DNA of 63,997 nt, counting the filler, from an uncultured bacterium (GTDB lineage: Bacteria; Auribacterota; CAZIXI01): the NCBI GenBank assembly GCA_964543115.1. It is 6 parts of 6 records of this genome, joined end to end, with 100 filler letters (N's around TTAATTAATTAA, not from the genome) between each part and the next. Parts side by side here need not be neighbours in the genome. Positions count along the whole stretch, not along the records: positions 56,101 to 63,997 come from CAZIXI010000165.1; 5 more parts are not named here. One strand, 5' to 3'. The position numbers were made by a program, and so were the translations under genes. Below, in pieces: positions 58,521 to 63,997 of the stretch. A model generated the notes under the pieces. The model saw only the letters and a list, made by a program, of their open reading frames with translations, was not told the DNA's origin and did no database searches. The first letter of the stretch is position 1. Each line of letters starts with the position of its first letter.

Positions 58521-59315
58521 TTAACTAAGTCCTTTGGTCAGGGTACTGATAAATTTCGCTGTTCTGGAAACAAGATTTTCCTTCCCGAGATTAGCCTCTA
58601 TCTGATTGACTATCGCGCTGCCCACGACTATGGCATCGGCATAACGGGCCACCTCTTTGACCTGCCGCGGATCACTAATACCAAATCCTACCGCTACCGG
58701 CAATTTCGTCTGCCGTTTGATCTTAGCTACCATTGGTCTAACGCCTGTTTCTACCGATTTACGCATTCCAGTCACTCCGGTACGCGACACATAATAAAGG
58801 AACCCGGATGCCTGCTGGCAAATAAGTTTCATTCGCTCTTTCGTAGTTGTCGGAGCGATAAGATGAATCATTTTAATTCCTTCTACAGCCAAAATATCGC
58901 GGGCATCCTTTGATTCTTCCGGAGGCAGGTCCAACACCAGGATACCGTCCACACCGGCTAGGCACGCCTCTTTGGCAAAGTTAAGCCAGCCAAAACGGAA
59001 TACCGGATTAAGGTAGGTAAATAAAATAATCGGTATCTGTGAACTCCTTCTTATCCGGGTAACTATTTCCAGCACCTTCTTCAGGGTTACCCCGCTGGCC
59101 AGCGCTCGTTCCGCTGCCCGCTGATTGGTCAGGCCGTCAGCCAGGGGATCACTGAAGGGCACACCCAACTCTACAAAATCCACTCCACTTCTCTCTAAAG
59201 CCGGAACCAGCTTTTCTGTAACACTCGGAGCAGGATCTCCGGCCGTTATATAGGCAATAAATCCCTTCTTGCCCTTTTCTTTTAATTCCTTAAATTTCGC
59301 GTCTATCCGGTTCAT
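58521..59315 (-). CDS. trpA: Tryptophan synthase alpha
   Basis: ELGVPFSDPLADG, YYVSRTGVTG, VGFGIS, IVVGSA. Confidence 0.97.
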   Translation of the reverse strand: MNRIDAKFKELKEKGKKGFIAYITAGDPAPSVTEKLVPALERSGVDFVELGVPFSDPLADGLTNQRAAERALASGVTLKKVLEIVTRIRRSSQIPIILFTYLNPVFRFGWLNFAKEACLAGVDGILVLDLPPEESKDARDILAVEGIKMIHLIAPTTTKERMKLICQQASGFLYYVSRTGVTGMRKSVETGVRPMVAKIKRQTKLPVAVGFGISDPRQVKEVARYADAIVVGSAIVNQIEANLGKENLVSRTAKFISTLTKGLS

Positions 59316-59362
59316 TATCCTCCTTGCCTACAAATTTAATATTCAAAAAAATATTACGTTTT

Positions 59363-59510
59363 TTAACGCAGAGCACGCAAAGTTTCGCAGAGATTTTTAA
59401 GAATTTTTCTTGGCAATCCATTAACCACTTATTTAATTCCACGGACAACGATTCTAGACGAAAGTAAATATTTGATTCTATCTTTGCGTTCTCTGCGAAC
59501 TCTGCGTTTA
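59363..59510. repeat. Inverted pair of cgcagag/ctctgcg repeats
   Basis: aacgcagagcacgcaaagtttcgcagag ... ctttgcgttctctgcgaactctgcgtt. Confidence 0.7.
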
Positions 59511-59581
59511 TGAAGTTTTTCAGTTTTAACTATTTATTTTTAAAAGTGCTATACACTTTCCTATACTATATAATCTCAAAT

Positions 59582-60760
59582 TTACCCTAAATACTCGCGG
59601 GCAATGTCGATGTCTTTGTCGCCGCGGCCGCTAAGATTAATAATCACAACCTTATCTTTCCTCATTCGCGGAATAATCTTCGCGGCATAGGCAATGGCAT
59701 GCGCCGGTTCCATCGCCGGTATGATCCCCTCCACCCGGCTCAGTAATTGAAACCCTTTCAGGGCCTCTTTGTCCGTAACAGACACATATTCCACCCGTTT
59801 ACTGTCCCGCAAATAACTGTGTTCCGGCCCAATCCCGGCATAATCCAGCCCGGCAGAAACTGAGTGGGTGGTCTTAATCTGCCCGGCGGCATCCTGCAGT
59901 ACATAACTTTTAGAACCCTGGAACACACCCAACTTGCCGCCGGCAAACCTGGCGGCATGCAGCCCGCGCCAAATACCCAGACCGCCGGCTTCCACACCAA
60001 TCATCCGCACTTTTTTCTGGCCGAGAAACGGATAAAATAATCCCATCGAGTTACTGCCGCCGCCAACACAGGCTAATAGTAAATCCGGTAATCTGCCGGC
60101 CTGTTTCCTTATCTGCGTTTTTGCTTCATCCCCAATCACACGCTGGAAATTGCGCACAATCATCGGATACGGATGAGGACCGACAACTGAACCAAGTATA
60201 TAATGAGTGCTACTGACATTAGTCACCCAATCACGTAATGTTTCATTAATCGCGTCTTTTAAGGTGCGGCTGCCCGCAGTTACCGGAATTACGCGGGCGC
60301 CCAAAAGTTTCATCCGGAAAACATTGAGTGCCTGGCGTTTAATATCCTCTTCTCCCATATAAACATCGCATTCCAGGCCAAACATAGCCGCTCCGGTGGC
60401 CGTAGCCACCCCGTGCTGGCCGGCACCGGTTTCAGCAATAACCCTTCTTTTTCCCATCCGGCAGGTAAGCAGGATCTGGCCCAGCACATTATTTATTTTG
60501 TGGGCTCCGGTATGACATAAATCCTCACGTTTAAGGTATATCCGGGCACCGCCAAGATGTTCCGTTAACCGGCGCGCGTAATATAAAGCAGTCGGACGAC
60601 CGACATAGTCCCTCAGATAATAATTAAGCTCTTTTTTAAATTTAGGATCTTTAACTGCCTGCTGATAGACTTTTTCCAGTTCCGCTAAAGCGTTCATTAA
60701 TGTTTCCGGCACATATTTCCCGCCAAAGTCGCCATAATAGCCACGCTTGTCCGGCTGCAT
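59582..60760 (-). CDS. trpB: Tryptophan synthase beta
   Basis: [46 protein letters not shown]. Confidence 0.98.
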   Translation of the reverse strand: MQPDKRGYYGDFGGKYVPETLMNALAELEKVYQQAVKDPKFKKELNYYLRDYVGRPTALYYARRLTEHLGGARIYLKREDLCHTGAHKINNVLGQILLTCRMGKRRVIAETGAGQHGVATATGAAMFGLECDVYMGEEDIKRQALNVFRMKLLGARVIPVTAGSRTLKDAINETLRDWVTNVSSTHYILGSVVGPHPYPMIVRNFQRVIGDEAKTQIRKQAGRLPDLLLACVGGGSNSMGLFYPFLGQKKVRMIGVEAGGLGIWRGLHAARFAGGKLGVFQGSKSYVLQDAAGQIKTTHSVSAGLDYAGIGPEHSYLRDSKRVEYVSVTDKEALKGFQLLSRVEGIIPAMEPAHAIAYAAKIIPRMRKDKVVIINLSGRGDKDIDIAREYLG

Positions 60761-61393
60761 TTATTTCCTCCTTACGATCGCGTTGACCCGTTTAATAAAT
60801 CTTTGCATTTTTTCCGGATCTTTCTTTCCCGGACTCTTTTCAACGCCGCTGCTTACATCCACGGCATAGGGAAATACTTTTTTTATCGCCTTAACAACAT
60901 TATCCGGATTAAGACCCCCGGCCAGAATTACCGGCTTAGCGTATTTTTTTGCTTCCAGGGCCAGATCCCAGGAAAATACTTCCCCGGTACCGCCGGCAAT
61001 TTCCTTATTATAGGTGTCCAGATGGATTGCCGCTGCCGGAAACTGCGGAATAATCTCCAAATCTTTCGGCTCCCGCGGCCGCAGTACCTTAACCAGTTTC
61101 AGGCCCTCTGCCCTCAGCTCATGACAGTATTCCGGGGTCTCTTCACCATGCAGCTGGATCCAGTCCAGCCGGCATTGGCTGGCTATCTGAATGATTCTGT
61201 TTTTCTTTTCGTTAACAAAAACACCTACCGGAGAGATCCAAGGAGGTAGGGCCTCTACTATCTTTTCCGCCTGGCACGGGTCCAACTGCCGCGGGCTGGG
61301 CGCAAACAGAAAGCCCAGGGCATTTGCCCCTGAATTAACTGCCGCGAGGGCATCGTCAATATTGGTAATGCCGCAAATTTTTACTCTAACCAT
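60761..61393 (-). CDS. trpF: Phosphoribosylanthranilate isomerase
   Basis: VKICGIT, QLHGEE, GGTG..FSW, LAGGL, VDVSSGVE. Confidence 0.96.
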   Translation of the reverse strand: MVRVKICGITNIDDALAAVNSGANALGFLFAPSPRQLDPCQAEKIVEALPPWISPVGVFVNEKKNRIIQIASQCRLDWIQLHGEETPEYCHELRAEGLKLVKVLRPREPKDLEIIPQFPAAAIHLDTYNKEIAGGTGEVFSWDLALEAKKYAKPVILAGGLNPDNVVKAIKKVFPYAVDVSSGVEKSPGKKDPEKMQRFIKRVNAIVRRK

Positions 61394-62162
61394 GAAGCAG
61401 CTCCTTTATCTTCATTTCCACGTGGGGCTCACGCATGATTGCTTCCCCAATCAAGGCCGCCTGTACACCCAGACTCTGTAGATAGACCATGTCTTCCCTG
61501 GTAAATATACCGCTTTCACTGACAATTACTTTTCCTGCCGGGATTCCGGAAATAATCTTTCCCGTATTTTTTATATCTACCTTAAATGTCTTTAGATTCC
61601 TGTTATTAATCCCGATTATTTCCGCTTCTGCCGCTAAGGCCTTTTCCAGTTCCTCTTCCGTATGCACCTCGACCAGAGTGTCCAGGCCATAGGAACGGCT
61701 AAAATCTATAAAATAGCGTAATTGATCGACTGAGAGCACACTGGCCAACAAAAGTACCGCGTCAGCACCGGCTGCCCGCGTTTCTACAAGCTGATATTCG
61801 TCAACAACAAAATCCTTACGCAATAGCGGCACCTTAACGATATCCGCTATCCGGCTGAGGTAGTCCAGGTGACCCTGAAAAAACTTATTTTCTGTCAGTA
61901 CGGAAATGGCACTGGCCCCGGCTTGAACAAAACTCCGCGCTAGTTCTAACGGTTGAAAATCTTCTCTGATTACTCCTTTGGAAGGAGAGGCCTTTTTAAC
62001 CTCAGCAATCAGTTTTATACCTCCGCCGGCCACTAAGGCCCGTTTAAATCCTCTGGGCACAGGCCGTTTTGCTGCCTGCTCTTCCAAATCATTAATCGGC
62101 CTGGTTTTCCTGGCTTGTTCAACCTCTGTTCGTTTATGTTTAATTATATCGTCAAGAATCAA
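61386..62162 (-). CDS. trpC: Indole-3-glycerol phosphate synthase
   Basis: IAEVKKASPSKG, SVLTE, LRKDF, IGINNRNL, SESGI. Confidence 0.97.
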   Translation of the reverse strand: MILDDIIKHKRTEVEQARKTRPINDLEEQAAKRPVPRGFKRALVAGGGIKLIAEVKKASPSKGVIREDFQPLELARSFVQAGASAISVLTENKFFQGHLDYLSRIADIVKVPLLRKDFVVDEYQLVETRAAGADAVLLLASVLSVDQLRYFIDFSRSYGLDTLVEVHTEEELEKALAAEAEIIGINNRNLKTFKVDIKNTGKIISGIPAGKVIVSESGIFTREDMVYLQSLGVQAALIGEAIMREPHVEMKIKELLHG

Positions 62163-63181
62163 ACCTTTTCCTCCGCTGTTGTCACGGCAATCATTCTATC
62201 CAACTTTTCCTGCGCCTTACCGGAATCCAGTGACTCCTGGGCAATCTTTATGCCTTCCACAATGTCTTTTGCCTGCTGTCCGCAAACAATGGCTACTGCG
62301 GCATTCAAAACAGCAATATCTCTTTTCGGCCCCTTCTCCCCGGCCAGTATCGACCGGGCGATTTTAACGTTATCCTCCGGATCCCCGCCGATAAGATCAT
62401 CTTTTTTCGCCCGGGTCAGCCCGAAATCTTCCGGCTTTATGGTTAATTCTTCAACTTTTCCGTCTTTCCACCTGCTCACCTTTGTTTCAGTTGTGGTGGT
62501 AATTTCATCCAGCCCGTCCGCACCATGAACTACCCAGGCTTCCCGCGAGCCCAAATTACCTAATACCTGGGCCAACACTGAGGTAAGCGATTCGTCATAT
62601 ACTCCTAAGACCTGGGCCTGGGCCCCGGCCGGGTTGGTTAACGGGCCCAATATATTAAATACCGTGCGGATGCCTACTTCGCGCCGCGGTCCGATGGCGT
62701 ATTTCATCGCCTTGTGCAGGAGCGGCGCGTATAAAAAACCAATCCCCACTTCATTCAGACAGCGCTCCACCACATCTACCGGTGCCTCAATATTTATCCC
62801 TAATCCCTTTAAAAGATCCGCACTGCCGCATTTACTGGATACTGACCGGTTCCCATGCTTGGCAACCGCTACACCGGCACCGGCAGCAATAAACGCGGCT
62901 ACGGTGGAAATATTGAACGTATGAGAGCGGTCACCGCCTGTACCGCAGGTATCCACTAAAAACGGGTGTTTTGTCTTTATCCGGGTAACGACTTTCCTCA
63001 TTACCGCCGCGCCGCCGGTAATCTCTTCTACTGTTTCTCCCTTGATCCTTAATGCCGTTATAAAAGCGGCAATCTGCGCGGCTGTGGCCTCTCCCTGCAT
63101 GATCTCTGTCATTACAGTTTCGGTCTCTTCCCGGGAAAGATCCTGCCGGATGACTAATTTATTTATTGCCTCTTTTATCAT
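62159..63181 (-). CDS. trpD: Anthranilate phosphoribosyltransferase
   Basis: DTCGTGGD, FNIST, KHGNRSVSSKCGSAD, RTVFNILGPL, GLDE. Start placed at ATG 63181. Confidence 0.97.
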   Translation of the reverse strand: MIKEAINKLVIRQDLSREETETVMTEIMQGEATAAQIAAFITALRIKGETVEEITGGAAVMRKVVTRIKTKHPFLVDTCGTGGDRSHTFNISTVAAFIAAGAGVAVAKHGNRSVSSKCGSADLLKGLGINIEAPVDVVERCLNEVGIGFLYAPLLHKAMKYAIGPRREVGIRTVFNILGPLTNPAGAQAQVLGVYDESLTSVLAQVLGNLGSREAWVVHGADGLDEITTTTETKVSRWKDGKVEELTIKPEDFGLTRAKKDDLIGGDPEDNVKIARSILAGEKGPKRDIAVLNAAVAIVCGQQAKDIVEGIKIAQESLDSGKAQEKLDRMIAVTTAEEKV

Positions 63182-63252
63182 CTTGCCCTCCTTACCCTTA
63201 CACTGCACTGCCCAGAAGCATAAAACGACCACCCGATTTCATCGGGGGACTG

Positions 63253-63320
63253 CCCCGCTTCGCGGGGCTGCTATTATTGGAATGGATATAAACTGCTATT
63301 ATAGAAATGGTTATAGACTG
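63253..63320 (+). mobile_element. Hairpin-tail mini element with tandemly duplicated tail
   Basis: ccccgcttcgcgggg + ctgctattattggaatggatataaactg + ctattatagaaatggttatagactg, preceded by CTG. Confidence 0.7.
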
Positions 63321-63437
63321 CACACAGATAAAGCCTTAAGTATATATATATTAAAGATTAATATTATATTATGATAATAATACAAGGTAAAGAGGAAAGT
63401 ACATAGGGGGGGTAAAGATATATAAAAAAAACCCATA

Positions 63438-63997
63438 TCACACAGCGGTTGCTACTTCTCTTGCTTCATTACGACGATCTTGAATCTCTGCCATTTTGCT
63501 GGCAAGCCATTTTATGCTCACCCAGGAAGGCGGCTCTCCAGCACTCTGCTCGGCAAATGCTAATAATGCCTGGAAGATTATTTCACGACCATAGCCATGC
63601 CTATCTGCTTCTTCTGCTAATAAATCGACAACATCACGTTTAGGCTCCTGCCCACTAAATACAGTAAGATGTAGTGAAAAAATTAAATCTTCTACACTGA
63701 CAGGCCTAGGTTCTTGCCCAAAAGTAAATAAATCTTCTAAAGATCCACCCATTACAACAACATTGCCTGCCGTTTCCATACCACATAATGCTCTTATCAG
63801 AGATTCAAAATCACTTCCCCCGCCTGCAGCCATACCCGCTTGCCGCAGAGCCCCCTGGTCTTCTACCTCAAACCCTGCTGCTCTGGCAACAAGATAAGCT
63901 AACGAATTTCTTAAGATATGATCTGAATATACTTGTTTTGATCCTGGATTATCATCAGCAAATGCTGTTACTATGAGTTCACTTAAATCATGCGCAT
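63438..63997 (-). CDS. C-terminal fragment of a hypothetical protein (open to window end)
   Basis: The frame of track ORF 63438-63833 has no stop up to base 63997; no recognisable motif. Confidence 0.7.
   Translation of the reverse strand, partial: AHDLSELIVTAFADDNPGSKQVYSDHILRNSLAYLVARAAGFEVEDQGALRQAGMAAGGGSDFESLIRALCGMETAGNVVVMGGSLEDLFTFGQEPRPVSVEDLIFSLHLTVFSGQEPKRDVVDLLAEEADRHGYGREIIFQALLAFAEQSAGEPPSWVSIKWLASKMAEIQDRRNEAREVATAV

Overview
This window is not one continuous locus. It is six contigs of a fragmented draft or metagenome-assembled genome, sorted by size (about 11 kb each) and joined by 100-bp N-TTAATTAATTAA-N linkers, so adjacency across linkers means nothing. Gene content suggests an anaerobic PVC-superphylum bacterium, plausibly Omnitrophota (inference only). 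Contig 1 (1-11294): smc with the C-terminal end of an intein inserted in its Walker A motif, a cNMP-binding protein, purB-purM-purH-purD-purE, tsaC/sua5 and a YwlE-type phosphatase. Contig 2 (11395-22562): one open-ended giant gene of more than 3700 aa with vWA, HExxH, two MoxR/dynein-type AAA+ modules, helical repeats and WD40/NHL repeats. Contig 3 (22663-33758): a sigma-54 activator, a frameshifted TMTC-like GT-C/TPR glycosyltransferase, five tandem type IV pilins and two minor-pilin (V/W/X-like) cassettes, with sigma-54 promoters and a c-di-GMP-I riboswitch. Contig 4 (33859-44909): a sigma-54-driven operon with an orphan structured leader RNA, three paralogous secreted acidic proteins of an unrecognised family, a PapD/DUF916-like chaperone and an FG-GAP plus GH42-like giant protein interrupted by an in-frame TGA; this is a candidate undescribed fibre system. 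Contig 5 (45010-56000): cca, PilZ, panD, leuS, a Memo-AMMECR1 fusion, an unannotated 59-aa Cys-rich ORF and speB-pdaD-hss. Contig 6 (56101-end): M16 peptidase, ruvX, manC and trpDCFBA. A 43-47 bp hairpin-tail element occurs four times, twice inserted at CTG inside REP-like palindromes. No tRNA, rRNA or CRISPR array was seen.
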